A program made the position numbers and the translations under genes. A model generated the notes under the pieces. It had not been told where the DNA came from. It did no database searches and saw only the letters and a list, made by a program, of their open reading frames with translations. From assembly GCA_009914755.4 (NCBI GenBank), contig CP068257.2, forward strand, positions 37,728,001 to 37,792,000: a stretch of DNA of 64,000 nt, written 5' to 3'. Source of the stretch: the human T2T-CHM13v2.0 reference genome, Homo sapiens. Below, in pieces: positions 15,101 through 33,177 of the stretch (its first letter is position 1; every line of letters starts with the position of its first letter).

Positions 15101-16540
15101 TGAAGCACCTCTATGTTTTGAAAGGCACAATAATAGTCACCACCAGACTAGAACCTGTGATATGGGATTTTTGCCACCTCAACAATGTAGTGAGACCCTT
15201 TTATTAGCAGACCAGATGTGGATGGTATGGCAACATAATTTGCCAAAAATGGATGCCTACCCTTCTCCTTGGGGATGGTTATGGGCTTGCAGAACTCATG
15301 GCTGGCCGTACTTACCTTCTAACTGGACCGGAAGGTGTATGTGTGGTCACCGTTATCTCCCGGGATGTATCCTCACCAAATTGGACTCTCTCCCATCTAA
15401 CTGGGAAATTGTAAAGGCTCGCCATAGGCGACAAAAACAAGCATCTTGGTGGTTCTACCCCATGGCTATGTTTTCCTCACAGGCAGCTACCAAATTACAA
15501 GCTGAAGCCTTAGCCGAGCACACGGTTGCAGCTTTCAGTAATACATGCCATGCTGCCATGCCCTTACCATCCTGAGGAAACTTCTCAGATTAGGCAGGTA
15601 CCCTTACAAAACCGTATGGCTTTGGACATTTTAACAGCCGCCCCAGGAGGAACTTGTGTTTTGATCAAAACTAAATGTTGTGTGTATGTTCCAGACTATT
15701 CACATAACGTTACTCAGGCTATGAAAGCTTTAGACACTCATATCTCTGCCATTGATGCGCTATCAGTCGACCCTATATCGGCTTAGTTCCAACAACTGCC
15801 CAGTTCTTAGAAGGCCTTTCTGTTTAGTTTACTTGGAATTATTTTACTTATTTTGCTTTGCTATTGTGGAATATATTGCGGTTATATTCTTCGTGTAGGA
15901 ATGCAAGACAAGCTTACTTAAATTGGACCCTTATTAAGCTTCCAGATATGACCTTTTGTTGGAACTCAGAGTTATGAACACCCCTCATCATACTGATGCT
16001 TTCTGACTGAGCTCCTCTCTACCCTGAATGCAAGAGACCCAATAATTAGGCAGGAATATCGTCACCCCTATTCAGCCTGAAGGAGTTACAGAAGACAGAT
16101 CTTTGTCCCTCTGCAAACTTTAGGGTTAAGGGTCCTCTTGTAAAGGGAGGGGAGAAATATGTCAGAGGCGTTTGAACCAGAGCGACTCCATCTTGAGGGC
16201 TGTGTAAAATGAGGCTGGGACATGCTGAGCTGCATTCCCAGAAAGTCAGGTATTTCTAGCCTCTAGATGTTTACGGTTAAAGGAACAGATTGATAATGTT
16301 TACTAAAGTGACCCAGACTTAGGAATGTCCTGATATCCCAATATCTTGAGAACAGAAGCGTTCCTAATTTTGCTTTAAAGATAATAATATCAATTCTTGC
16401 AAAATGTAGTAATTAGGAAAATTAATCATTTATCACAAATCCTTGTAGCAGAGCACATCTCCCCATGATCTTTTTTTAATCCTATCTATAAATAAGTATT
16501 GTACCTAGGATGGACACATTCCTCCTCTGGTAACTTCCTT
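15100..16540 (+). mobile_element. Endogenous retrovirus remnant: gamma-retrovirus-like (class I HERV) env SU/TM 3' portion followed by probable 3' LTR; 5'-truncated
   Basis: ORFs at 15162-15575 and 15526-15786 encode env-like peptides including the immunosuppressive-domain motif LQNRMALDILTAAPGGTCVLI and the CX6CC motif C-VLIKTK-CC. Non-repetitive LTR-like sequence follows to about 16540. Confidence 0.65.
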
Positions 16541-16544
16541 CTTT

Positions 16545-16806
16545 CCTTTCTTTTTTTTGAGACAGGGTCTCGCTCTGTTGTCCAGGCTGGAGTGCAGTGA
16601 CGTGATCATGGCTTACTGTAGCCTCCAACCTCCTGGGCTCAAATAATTCTCTCCTTTCAGCCTCCTGAGGAGCTGGACTATAGGTGCATATCCCTATGTC
16701 TGGCTAATTTTTAAATTTTTTTGTGGAAACAGGGCCTCACTATGTCGCCCAGCCTAGTCTCAAACTCCTGGGCTCAAGCCATCGTCCTGCCTCAGCCTCT
16801 CACGGA
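16545..16806 (-). mobile_element. Alu SINE (AluJ-like, 3'-truncated)
   Basis: gagacagggtctcgctctgttgtccaggctggagtgcagtgacgtgatcatggcttactgtagcc... Confidence 0.85.
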
Positions 16807-16813
16807 CAAATGA

Positions 16814-17122
<309 letters not shown>

Positions 17123-17487
17123 TGACAAGGACACGCAATGGGGAAAGGCTGAAGCGGGGAGGATTACTTGAGTTCAAGACTTTGAGAAAACCAGCCTGGG
17201 CCACGTAAGGAAACCCCTATCTCTTTTTAAAAAAGTATTGTATACTAAAAGTTTGCTAAGAGAGTGGATCTTAATATGTTAAGTGTTTTTGTCACAAAAA
17301 TAGCAGAGATCATAATAAAGGAGGTGCAGTGAAACTGCGAGGGGATGAGTATGTTTATGGCCATGATGGTGATAATGGTTTCCCAAGTGTATACTTATCC
17401 CTAATCTCATCCAGATGTTTACATTCAATATGTATGGTTTTGATATGTTAATCATACCTGAATAAAGTGGTTTAAAAAGAAGAGTTG

Positions 17488-17787
<300 letters not shown>

Positions 17788-18249
17788 TCAAGCTTCCTGT
17801 CCTCATAGAACTTGTGCTCTAGCTTGAGAAGACAGACAATAAACCAGTAAACAGGATACTTTGACATGCCTTGAAGGAAGAAAACGCAGAGTTTAGCCTG
17901 AGAGGTTGAGATGTAGGATCGGGTTATCTTGAGACAGAGGAGACCAGGGGTACATAGTAAATTCACTTAGGCAATGAATGACTCGGATCTTGGCTGTAGG
18001 GATGGGGATCAGTGGTGGTGGTGGTGAATTGGGGATATATTTTGGTGGGGACTGACAGGACTCTTCAGTGAATCTAATGTGAGACAGAGCACAGAGACTT
18101 TTGGCTGTGAGCAATAGAACCCAAATTAGCATCAACCACGAGAAAGGAGATCATCTCCAACAATAGAAGATGGATGTGGGATTCATAATAGGCTTGCCCT
18201 GGGTCATAGATGCAGCAGCTTAATGGGTTATCACAGTCCCAAGTTATTT

Positions 18250-18582
<333 letters not shown>

Positions 18583-19701
18583 TGAGTTGGCTTCTTTCTC
18601 TGTCTGAAATGGAAATTCTAGGTGTCATATCCAGATTACAGCATCCAGACAAATAATGTCTCTTTTCTCAGAGTGTCAATCGATTGGCTTTTTTTACTGC
18701 TTAGAATGTAGTCACAGTCAGGGGGACTCGGATACCCTTTGGCCAAATCAGGCCCACCCCTGGAGTTGGGCCAGGAGTGGAGACAGTGGAAACCTGAACA
18801 AAATGAGGGCTGTGTCACAAAGGACAAGGAGAAGAGTTGATGTGGCCTGGTATTCAGCAGTATCCGCCAGGCTGTGTGGATGGGGAGCCATTTGCCCTGC
18901 CAGGGATGCAGAGAGTTTGAGAGGAAGCTGGTAGGTCTGGTGTTGATGCATTACATTTTGGGAAACATCCGGGTCCGGTAGGCAGTTGCAGCTACAGGCC
19001 TGGAGCTTAGGAGGAAGGAAATATTTGAAAGAAAAGAGATGTTCGGGCGAGAGCTGAAACCTCAGGCGTGTGGATGGGTCAAATGGGGAACATAAAATGC
19101 CTACACCTGGCAACTAGGGATGTCACCCATCGTCCTGATGAAGCAGTTTCAGTGAGTGGCAGGGCAGAAACGAAGCCAACGGAAGAGAGTGGAAGGGAAA
19201 GGAAGAAATGGGAAGAGCTCTGGATCCTACACTGCCGTGCTGGACCACACTGTTTCACAGGAAGCCCAGGGTCTGAGCTGGTTTGTCCATGTGATGAAGA
19301 CAGAAGATAAATAGGGGTAGGTGTGACCCAAGCCTGTGAGCCAAGGAGAAGGTATGAAGGGAGGTGATGGTCAGAACATGTGAATGCTCAGCGCTCATCA
19401 CTGTATTGGATATCCAGGCTGCTGCAGAAGGATGAGAAGCAAAGGATGCAAATGAGAGCAAAAACACAGGGCTTGACACAGCTTGTCTATCATCACTATG
19501 ATGGATGAGCTGGCCAGTGACACCCAAACACAATATACACATATAGCTCACCGTGCAGCATATGTTTCTAGCCTGTTTCCAAACTTTATGGATACATGAC
19601 TGTGTAATTAATTGTCATTAGATACGATGATTGGATTTCTGTTGTTACATGTATCCCTCTAACAGTCCACAGTGCTGATTGTTATTTTAAAAAGAACACA
19701 G

Positions 19702-20011
<310 letters not shown>

Positions 20012-20477
20012 GCTAAGCCAGCCATAAATTGGCCACATTGTTCTCTCCTAATCACAAATGAGGCCTGGTTTTCCAAATATGGAAAGGAAAGGCCCCTTGC
20101 TTCTCTCCCATATGGCTCAGCTTTTGTGGCTTCAAAGGATAATCACTCCCTCTAAGGGGCAGCCATTTAATATTCAAGACATGAGTGAAACCCCCCAAAA
20201 CCTACTCAAATATTAAGGGGCACTTGTTCTGCCTGACTCTTGAAATTACATGAACAAGCTAAAGGTTTCCCTGTCTCGGGTGAGCTATAAAAGCAGAGGC
20301 AATGGTACAGACATGTGTATCTGACATAGCCTGAGGGGCGATCCCTTCTTAAGCCTGCAGGAGGAAGCTGCCTTAAGTTTGATTAGATGTTGCCCTACGT
20401 CTGTGGTTTGGAGTGTTGGCCAGGATAATAACTAAAAGCAGAAAAAAATGTCATCTAAATGCTACTTTTACATTTTT

Positions 20478-20632
20478 CTTTTTTTGTTTTTGAGACTTAC
20501 TCTATCACTCAGGCTGAAATGCAGTGGTATGATCATAGTCACTGTAATTTCAAACTCCTGGGCTCAAGAGATCCTCCTACCTTGGCCTCCCAAAGCCCTG
20601 GGATTACAGGCATGGGCTTCCGGGCCCAGCCA
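20478..20632 (-). mobile_element. Alu-family monomer-like fragment
   Basis: gagacttactctatcactcaggctgaaatgcagtggtatgatc...ctcccaaagccctgggattacaggcatgggc. Confidence 0.6.
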
Positions 20633-21244
20633 AGGTCTTTATTATGACAGGATTTTGCATCATCTTCTTGTTGGTTTTATTGATCATATTTGCATGCTGC
20701 AAAATGCTTTTTCCATGGCACTCTGCCATGTGGTCAGCTCACCACCCTGAACTGTGTGTGAAGTACCATAAATTTAGGTTTGATCCAAAAAGGACTCTCT
20801 CATTATCAAAATGTGCCTGTTATGTTGCCTGGGCCAGCGAAGCTATTCTTTCCATTAATAGCTCTAAATGGAATGAGAAATCTTAGACTTGTAGGTTAGT
20901 CTATTTTACTTGTGTGTTTATTTTGAATACTTTCAAAATGTTTGGTGAAACTTAATTTGGAACATTCCAGGGTGTTCTCTCATCTCTGAGCCAACCTATA
21001 AAGAAAAGAGGAGAATTGTCTCTTCAGTGTATCACTCGTGGGGCTGTAGGGGAGGCAAGGAGATCACAGGTTGCATTTTTCTTTGGAAATTTTCTGACAC
21101 AGACCTATTAATCAGTCTAGCCTATTTTTTCCATGGGAGTGAGATGAAAAGAATGAAGTATATGAAATCCCTTATTAACCCTTGCATGCTCAATCTCCAC
21201 ACTAGATCAGGGCCTTCTGTATTTAATAGGATTCCATACTACTT

Positions 21245-21538
<294 letters not shown>

Positions 21539-21984
21539 TTACTTTTTTGAAAAAGTCTTAAATAATGCACACACCCCATTTTTATTTCATGCGTATCCTT
21601 CCTTTGTTTTATATTATTTACAAACAATATAATGTGCATCTGTAAACCTATCATCCAACTTGGAGCTAGGATGTGGACAGTTACCAAGATAAACTTATGT
21701 GTCCCTTCAAAATGCTTTGCATGCTTATAATTGTTTACAGTACTTACAGTTGTTTAGTTAAGCCATAAGAGAACAAGGTCTGGGCATATTTGGTTCATCA
21801 TCATATTTTACTCTGCAGTGAGTGAAGTATCTGATACCTAAAAGGCTTTAATATCTTTTTTAAAATATCTTTTTTTAGAGAAAAATGTAATTCTTGTAAA
21901 AACACGTATCATAACATTTACCATCTTAACGATTTTTAATTGTCCAGTTCAGTAGTGCTAAGTACTCATATTACGGTGGAACAG

Positions 21985-22200
21985 ATCTCCAAAACTCTAC
22001 CCATTAAACAACTTCTCATGTCCACGTCCCCCCAGTCCCCGGTAACCACTATTCCACTTTCTGTTTCTCAGTTTGACTACTTTAGATACCTCATACAAGT
22101 GGAATCGTACAATATTTGTTTTTTTTTTTTTTGTGACTGGTTTATTTCACTTAGCATAATGTTGCTGGGGTTCATCCATGTTGTAGCATGTCAGAATTTC
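21985..22200 (-). mobile_element. Old L1 3'-end fragment
   Basis: caagtggaatcgtacaatatttg...ttcacttagcataatgttgctggggttcatccatgttgtagcatgtcagaatttcc, the reverse complement of the L1 ORF2 C-terminal region. Confidence 0.6.
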
Positions 22201-22204
22201 CTTC

Positions 22205-23293
<1,089 letters not shown>

Positions 23294-23376
23294 TAAAAAT
23301 AATGTTTTTCTACCCAATTGGATATGCTGCTGGAAAGAATGATTTAATTTTTTTCTGAGAATGGAATATATTTTTC

Positions 23377-23570
23377 CCCCTTCCCTTCCCCCTTCTCTTC
23401 CCCCTTCCCTTCCCTTCCCTTTTTCCTTCCCTTCCCCCTTCCCTCCTCCCTTCCCTTCCCTCCTCTCTTCCCTTCCCTCTCCCTCCCCCTCCCCCTCCCC
23501 ATCCCCTCCTCCTTCCCCCTTTCCCCTCCCCTTCCCCCCTTCCCCCCTCCCCTCCCCTCGTCTCTTCTCT
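23377..23570. repeat. Polypyrimidine low-complexity / (CCCTT)n-(CCCCT)n-like simple repeat, about 190 bp
   Basis: Continuous C/T-only run (cccttcccttccctcc...). Confidence 0.9.
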
Positions 23571-23571
23571 T

Positions 23572-23825
23572 CTTGAGGCGGGGTCTCACTCTGTTGCCCA
23601 GGCTAGAATGCAGTGGTGTGACTATAGCTCACTGCAGCCTCCACCTCCTGGACTGAAGCCTCAAGCAATCCTCTCGCTGTAGCCTCCCGAGTCAGCTGGA
23701 ACTACAGGTGTATGCCATCATGCCTGGATAATTTTAAATTTCTTTGTAGAGACGGGGTTTCACCATTTACTTACCTAGACTGTCTCAAACTGCTGGGCTC
23801 AAGCGATGCACCTGCCTTGGGGGAT
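23572..23825 (-). mobile_element. Alu SINE (AluJ-like)
   Basis: gaggcggggtctcactctgttgcccaggctagaatgcagtggtgtgactatagctcactgcagcc... Confidence 0.85.
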
Positions 23826-23999
23826 TCTTAGTAAATCTACAGGGCTGTGCAACCATCACCACAATCCAGTTTTGGAACACTTAAATCACCTGGAAAAGAT
23901 CCCGCCTGTCCATCTGCAGCCAATCCTGGCCATAACTCCCGAAGCCCCAGGTAACCACTGATCCACTTTCTTTTACCGTAGCTTAAAATCTTCTGCCTC

Positions 24000-24205
24000 T
24001 GACTAGCCTGGGAAACATAATGAGACCTTGTCTCTACAAAAAATTTAAAAATTAGCTGGTCATAGTGTCATGTATCTCTAGTCCCAGCTACCTGGGAGAC
24101 AGAGGTGGAAGGATCGCTTGAGGCTGGGAGGCAGAGGTTGCAGTGAGTCGTGATTGAGCTACTGCACTGTAACTAGGGTGACAGAGCAAGACCCTGTCTC
24201 AGGAA
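24000..24205 (+). mobile_element. Alu right-arm fragment
   Basis: agcctgggaaacataatgagaccttgtctctacaaaaaatttaaaaattagctgg... Confidence 0.75.
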
Positions 24206-24585
24206 CACAACAAAACAACCTTCTGCTCTTCAAAGGACAGTGTTAAGAGAATGAAAAGACAAGCCACAGACTGGGATAAAATGTTTGCAAAACATATTAC
24301 AGATAAAGGATTTGTATACAGAATAAACTCAACATTATAATAGATAATAAACAACTCAGTAAAGAAAGGGGCAACAAAGATCTGAACAGATATTTCATCA
24401 AAGATATAAGAATGACAAGCATATGAAAATGTGTTCAATATTAGTAGTCATTAGGGAAATGCAAATATAGCAGAAAACTATAATGAGATACCATTACCCC
24501 TTATTAGAATGGCTAGATTGAAAAGACTGACACTACCAAGTATTGGTGAGGATGTGGAGGAACTGGAACTCCTGTGGTTGGTTGG
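24205..24585 (+). mobile_element. L1 ORF2 3'-region fragment
   Basis: ...cattagggaaatgcaaatatagcagaaaactataatgagataccattacccc...gaatggctagattgaaaagactgacactaccaagtattggtgaggatgtggaggaactggaactcc. Confidence 0.75.
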
Positions 24586-24587
24586 TT

Positions 24588-24886
24588 TGTTTGTTTGTTT
24601 TTGAGACGGAGTCTCATTCTGTCTCCCAGGCTGGAGTACAGTGGCATGATCTCTGCTCACTGCAACCTCTGCCTCCTGGGTTCAGGTGATTCTCTCACCT
24701 CAGTCTCCCCAAGTAGCTGAGATTACAGGTGCCCATCAACCAGCCCGGCTAATTTTTGTATTTTTAGTAGAGACAGGGTTTCACCATGTTGGCCAGGCTG
24801 GTCTTGAACTCCTGACCTCAGGTGATCCACCCGCCTTGGCCTCCCAAAGTGCTGGGATTACAGGTGTGAGCCACTGCGCCCGGCCG
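24588..24886 (-). mobile_element. Alu SINE (duplication copy 1)
   Basis: Alu body. Confidence 0.9.
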
Positions 24887-24945
24887 GAACTGGAACTCTT
24901 GTACGCTGTTAGTCACTGCTAGAGGGAATATAAAATGGTATAACT

Positions 24946-25255
<310 letters not shown>

Positions 25256-25296
25256 CTACTTTGCAAAAGAGGTTAGCAGTTTCTTGAAATACATTT

Positions 25297-25587
25297 CTTT
25301 TTTTTTGAGACAGAGTCTTGCTGTCACCCAGGCTGGAGTGTAGTGGTGCAATCTCGGCTCACTGCAAGCTCCGCCTCCCGGGTTCAAGCAATTCTTTCAC
25401 CTCAGTCTCCCCAAGTAGCTGAGATTACAGGTGCCCACTAACCTGCCGGCTAAGTTTTGTATTTTTAGTAGAGACAGGGTTTCACCATGTTGGCCAGGCT
25501 GGTCTTGAACTCCTGACCTCAGGTGATCTGCCCGACTCAGCCTCCTAAAGTGTTGGGATTACAGGCGTAAGCCACTGTGCCCAGCCA
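25297..25587 (-). mobile_element. Alu SINE (duplication copy 2)
   Basis: Alu body. Confidence 0.9.
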
Positions 25588-25645
25588 GAACTGGAACTCT
25601 CGTACACTGTTAGTCACTGCTAGAAGGAATGTAAAATAGTATAAC

Positions 25646-25944
<299 letters not shown>

Positions 25945-25979
25945 TTATACTACTTTGCAAAACAGTTTCTCAAAATACT

Positions 25980-26100
25980 TTTTTTTTAGGGATGGGGTCT
26001 CACTATGTTGCCGAGGCTGGTCACCAACTCCTCAGCTCTAGTAATCCTCTCACTGCAGCCTCCCAAGTACTGGGACTACAGGCACATCCATTGCTCTGGC
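25980..26100 (-). mobile_element. Alu fragment
   Basis: gggatggggtctcactatgttgccgaggctggtcaccaactcc... Confidence 0.6.
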
Positions 26101-26267
26101 TCATAAACCTTTTTTTTTTCCTTTTTTTTTTTTTTTTATAGGCAGGAGAACTGTATCTTCAAAAATGTCAATATAATAAAAAACAAAGAAAAGATATGGA
26201 AATGTTTCAGATTAAAGGAGGCCAAAGAGACATGTAAATTAAATAAAATACCTGACCCTGGATCTTT

Positions 26268-26646
<379 letters not shown>

Positions 26647-26698
26647 TAAAGTATTGTATTAATGTTAACATTACAGAAGTTGACAAATTATGTAAGAG

Positions 26699-26987
26699 GC
26701 CGGGCGAAGTGACTCACACCTGTAATCCCAGCACTTTGGGAGGCTGAGGTGGGTGAATCACCTGAGGTCAGGAGTTTGAGACCAGCCTTGCCAACATGGT
26801 GTAACCCCGTCTCTACTAAAAATACAAAAATTAGCTGGGAGTGGTGGCGCATGCCTGTAACCCCAGCTACTCGGAGGCTGAGGCAGGAGAATCACTTGAA
26901 CCTGGGAGACAGAGGTTGTAGTGAGCCAAGATTGCGCCACTGCACTCCAGCCTGGGTGACAGAGCAAGACCTTGTCTCCAAAAAAAA
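26699..26987 (+). mobile_element. Alu SINE
   Basis: ggccgggcgaagtgactcacacctgtaatcccagc... Confidence 0.9.
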
Positions 26988-27007
26988 TGTAAGAGTACAT
27001 TGTTAGT

Positions 27008-27010
<3 letters not shown>

Positions 27011-27046
<36 letters not shown>

Positions 27047-27110
27047 AGAGAGAAAGAATGAGAGAGCGAGAAGGAGAAAAGAATGAGAGAGAGAGAGAAA
27101 CAGAGAACAA
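27011..27110. repeat. Compound (CA)n then (GA)n-rich microsatellite
   Basis: acacacac... followed by agagagagagaaag... Confidence 0.9.
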
Positions 27111-27289
27111 GTCCCCAAAGAACCTTGGTCAACCCAGCTCTCCCCTTCTTGCTTGCGGTTCCCAGGCAGAATGTACCAAGATTGCAACATCCTGAGATAA
27201 AGAGGAACAACCCAGGCTCTCTCCACGATCCTCCTAGAACAGATGTCCTGCAACACTTGTGATCAGTTAAGTCAAGTCCTGGCCAGAGT

Positions 27290-27620
27290 ATAAAACCCAG
27301 AGTTGGGGGGTGGTGTGCTTTCTGAGTCCCTCAGCTGCAGTGTGAAGTGGAGCTCGTGCAGATGAGACTTCCTCTGTCCTATGCACCTTTCTTGAGGCTT
27401 GGGGACCAGCTCACCGTGGATCCTAGGCTTCTGTTGGCTTTTGCCGCCTTTCTGGGAGTAATAAAGTTGCTTTGCCTTACTTGTGTAAGTGTTCTATCTC
27501 CCTGGACTTATACTCGGACAGCTGGGTTTGTGCAAAATCTCCTAGCAAATGCAGGAATCTTAGCAGAAATTAACCAGGTGTTTAGAGCCCTCCCTTGGGA
27601 TTGGTAATCAGTGTGTGATG
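27290..27620 (+). mobile_element. Possible solo LTR-like element (unclassified)
   Basis: Non-Alu repeat-like sequence carrying an aataaagttgctttgcc poly-A-signal motif typical of LTR R regions. Family not recognised. Confidence 0.3.
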
Positions 27621-27725
27621 TTTCTCTCTCAGTGATTGACACTGGTGTATGGTATTCTGCTTAACAGAGGGAGAGAAAGAACATGAAGGAGCAAATGAAG
27701 TAAAATGAACTAGGTTAATCTAAGT

Positions 27726-28222
<497 letters not shown>

Positions 28223-28485
28223 AACTTTTCTACAAATTTGAAACTATTTTAAAATAAAAACTTTCAATATTTTAATTATTTTTAAAACGAAGATGGCATG
28301 GCATAAAATAAAAACAAATTTAAAAAGCAAACGAAAGTTTATTTAGAGATAAATTTCTGGGCATAGTGCTAAGCCTGTGAAAATTTATGGTCTAAATAAA
28401 GTTGGCTGCACTAATAACCATAAGATTAATTTTTAACCTATTGAACTTTACCTAATCAGAAGGCCTTGGTGTAAAATACGGACTA

Positions 28486-28818
<333 letters not shown>

Positions 28819-28997
28819 GGTTATCTGGTTTTAGCAATATTTTTCAAACTGAGGTGAAATTCATAGAAGATACAATTAGCCATTTTAAAGCATATAATTC
28901 AATGTCGCACAACACCATCTAGCAATATAAATAGTGCTGCCGTTTAGGATAATTTAATATTTGTATTTTAAAATGTTGCATAAATGCTTGTTCTTAA

Positions 28998-29317
<320 letters not shown>

Positions 29318-29352
29318 TACACTTCCATTTTATAACATTTTACTTTATTTAA

Positions 29353-29904
<552 letters not shown>

Positions 29905-30041
29905 TAATAGATGTACATATTTTGGGGATCCATTTGATCATTTGATACATTCATATAGTGTTAAAGATTAAAGCAGGTTTATTGAGATATCCATCACCTT
30001 AAATATTATCTTTTATACACACTTTTTAAAAACCTCATTAA

Positions 30042-30219
<178 letters not shown>

Positions 30220-31010
30220 TTAAGCATAGCAAAATAGTTCATATTACATTCTGTTTTTCTTTCAGATTAGCTATACACACACACAAAGGCTTAAAAATTC
30301 AGCTATACTAAAATGCAGTATTCCAAAAGACACCAATTCTTCATTCTTTGTTAGCCATCCTGGATTCTCAAACAGGCTGCCAACATACAGGATGACTGTA
30401 GGTGTCTCGCAGCTACTGAGCAATACGATGGCTGTAAAACGCGTGCATGTGAGGAATTGCCTGAGCTTAGTTCCTGCCAGTCAGCTACTGAAACAAACAC
30501 TGCAGATTTTACTTGATTCGCTCTGAATACTGATGCTTCCTAGTTCCTGGGGGAAAGATGGTCAGTCTGCTCTGTAATTCAACCTGTGTGTAATCATCAA
30601 TATGATCATCATTATTGTCATCTAGTAAAACCAAGTGGATAATGCTAAGAATAGGGAAAGTTTCAGTTCCCACTAAATTCCTTCTCTCTTTGTCGACTCT
30701 GTTTTCATAGGTTTTAGAATGAGTTGAGGCAAGCTCATTTTCACCTTGCATTTCAGTGCTGCCTTCTGGATGTGCTCTCTTGAATCTGCCTTGCGTTTGC
30801 TGCCCTCAGTAACTGACCCTGCTTCCCTCAGTTCTGATCACACTGCTGGTCAGTGCTGATGTTCCTTTGAGTCTCTGACTGAGATGTAGTCTCCCTGAAG
30901 AGACTTCAGCTCTCCAAACTCAGTCATGATTGGTTTAAAATTGATATAAAAGCCACCGATGAAGGGCTTGTTAGCCTGGCTCTCTGAAGTCCGACGAAGA
31001 AAGATTGTTG

Positions 31011-31328
31011 GCCAGGTGCGGTGGCTCACACCTATAATCCCAGCACTTTGGGAAGCCGAAGCGGGCAGATCGCCTGAAGTCAGGAGTTCGAGACCAGCCT
31101 GGCCAATATGGTGAAACCCTGTCTCTACAAAAATACAAAAATGAGCTGGGTGTGTTGGTGTGTGCCTGTAATCCCAGCTACTCAGGAGGCTGAGGCAGGA
31201 GAATCGCTTGAACCCGGGAAGCAGAGGTTTCAGTGAGCCGATACCAAGCCATTGCACTCCAGCCTGGGCAACAAGAGCGAAACTCCATCTCAAAAAAAAA
31301 AAAAAAGAAAAAAAGAAAAAAAAGAAAG
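31011..31328 (+). mobile_element. Alu SINE
   Basis: ggccaggtgcggtggctcacacctataatcccagc...poly-A. Confidence 0.9.
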
Positions 31329-31539
31329 ATTATTATGACAGAAGTCCTGGTACTTGTCTGCTCTGAACAAGAAGTGGTTTGACAAAAGCCCCCGCTGCTG
31401 CTTTCATTGGTATTTGCATTTTCTGACAGTTTTGCTCTGGGCTCAGATCCATTTGTAACACTGTCCCAATCTCTATCCCCTCCCCTCCACTTCTGTCCCC
31501 TCCCCTGCCCTCCACTTCCCTTTCCCCTCCCCCCCTTTT

Positions 31540-31825
31540 TTTTTGACAGGGTCTTGCTCTGTCACCCAGACTGGAGTGCAGTGGCGTGATCTTGGCTCAC
31601 TGCAGCCTCCGTCTCCAAAGCTGAAATGATTTTCTCTCTTCAGCCTCCTGAGTAGCTGGGACTATAGACATGTGCCACCATGTCCAGCTAATTTTTGTAT
31701 GTTTTGTAGACATGGGGGTCTCACTATGTTGCCCAGGCTGGTCTAGAGCTCCTGAACTCAAGTGATCCTCCTGCCTCGGCCTCCCAAAGTGTTAGGATTA
31801 CAGGTGTGAGCCACTGTGCCCGGTC
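31540..31825 (-). mobile_element. Alu SINE (AluJ-like), preceded by a (CCCCT)-rich run at 31450-31540
   Basis: Reverse-complement Alu. Confidence 0.85.
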
Positions 31826-32134
31826 CCAATTTCTATTTTCTACAGGGTGATTTTTTTTTTTTTAACTTGACAGTCTAGTGTGATAGTTGGATGGTGTTGG
31901 TAGCAGTTTGGACCTGCTGTATTCTTTTTCTTCTTCCACTGCTTTACTTGACTCAAGTCTTGAATTAAGGAATGAAACTTTTCTGTGTTCTCTGTCTCTT
32001 AAGAAGAAAGAGCTATAGCTGTTCTCCTGATAGACCTTCTAAAGTCTGTGTAAAGATCTTTTTTCCCTCTGTGAATTATATTCCTCAGAATAAGCAGTAT
32101 AGTTGTTTCTGAATTGGTAAACAACTTTTATTAT

Positions 32135-32422
32135 TTTATTTTCTTGAGACAGGGTCTTGCTCTGTTGCCCAGGCTGGAGTGTAGTGGTGCAATCACAGCT
32201 CACTGCAACCTCAACCTCCTGGGCTCAAGAGATCCTCGTGCCTCAGCCACCTGAGTAGCTAGGACTACAGATTTGAGTCACCATGCTCAGCTAATTGTTT
32301 TTTTGCAGAGACAAGGTTTCGCCAGGTTGCCCAGGCTAGTCTCATACTCCTGGGCTCAGTTGATCTGCCACCTTGGCCTCCCAAAGTGCTAGGATCACAG
32401 GCATGAGCCATCATGCCTGGCC
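32135..32422 (-). mobile_element. Alu SINE (AluJ-like)
   Basis: Reverse-complement Alu. Confidence 0.85.
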
Positions 32423-32600
32423 AACAACTTTGATTATTTAAGGTATAATGTAACCTTGTTGGCTCTAGTCTCTGAACTGTGTTTCTCATTGTAATAATGA
32501 TTCTAGCACTATTTTCCCCAAATATGTGCTTCTCCAAATGGTTTTCCTTCTTTTGCCTGAATTCACTACTATCTGATTGGCTTGCATAACCACTAAGTAA

Positions 32601-33035
<435 letters not shown>

Positions 33036-33069
33036 TGAATACCCATATCACATTGACCAGGAATTAATT

Positions 33070-33177
33070 GATTGTAGAGACGAAGTCTTGCTATGTTGCT
33101 CAGTGTGGTTTTGAACTCCTGGGTTCAAAACCCTCTCAAACTATTGGGATTACAGGCATGAGCTACCGTGCCCAGCC
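33070..33177 (-). mobile_element. Alu left-monomer fragment
   Basis: gagacgaagtcttgctatgttgctcagtgtggttttgaactcctgggttcaaaa...gggattacaggcatgagctaccgtgcccagcc. Confidence 0.65.

Noticed and set aside
23344-23589. Pro/Ser/Leu-rich and Gly/Arg/Lys-rich ORFs
   Set aside because: They are translations of the polypyrimidine simple repeat.
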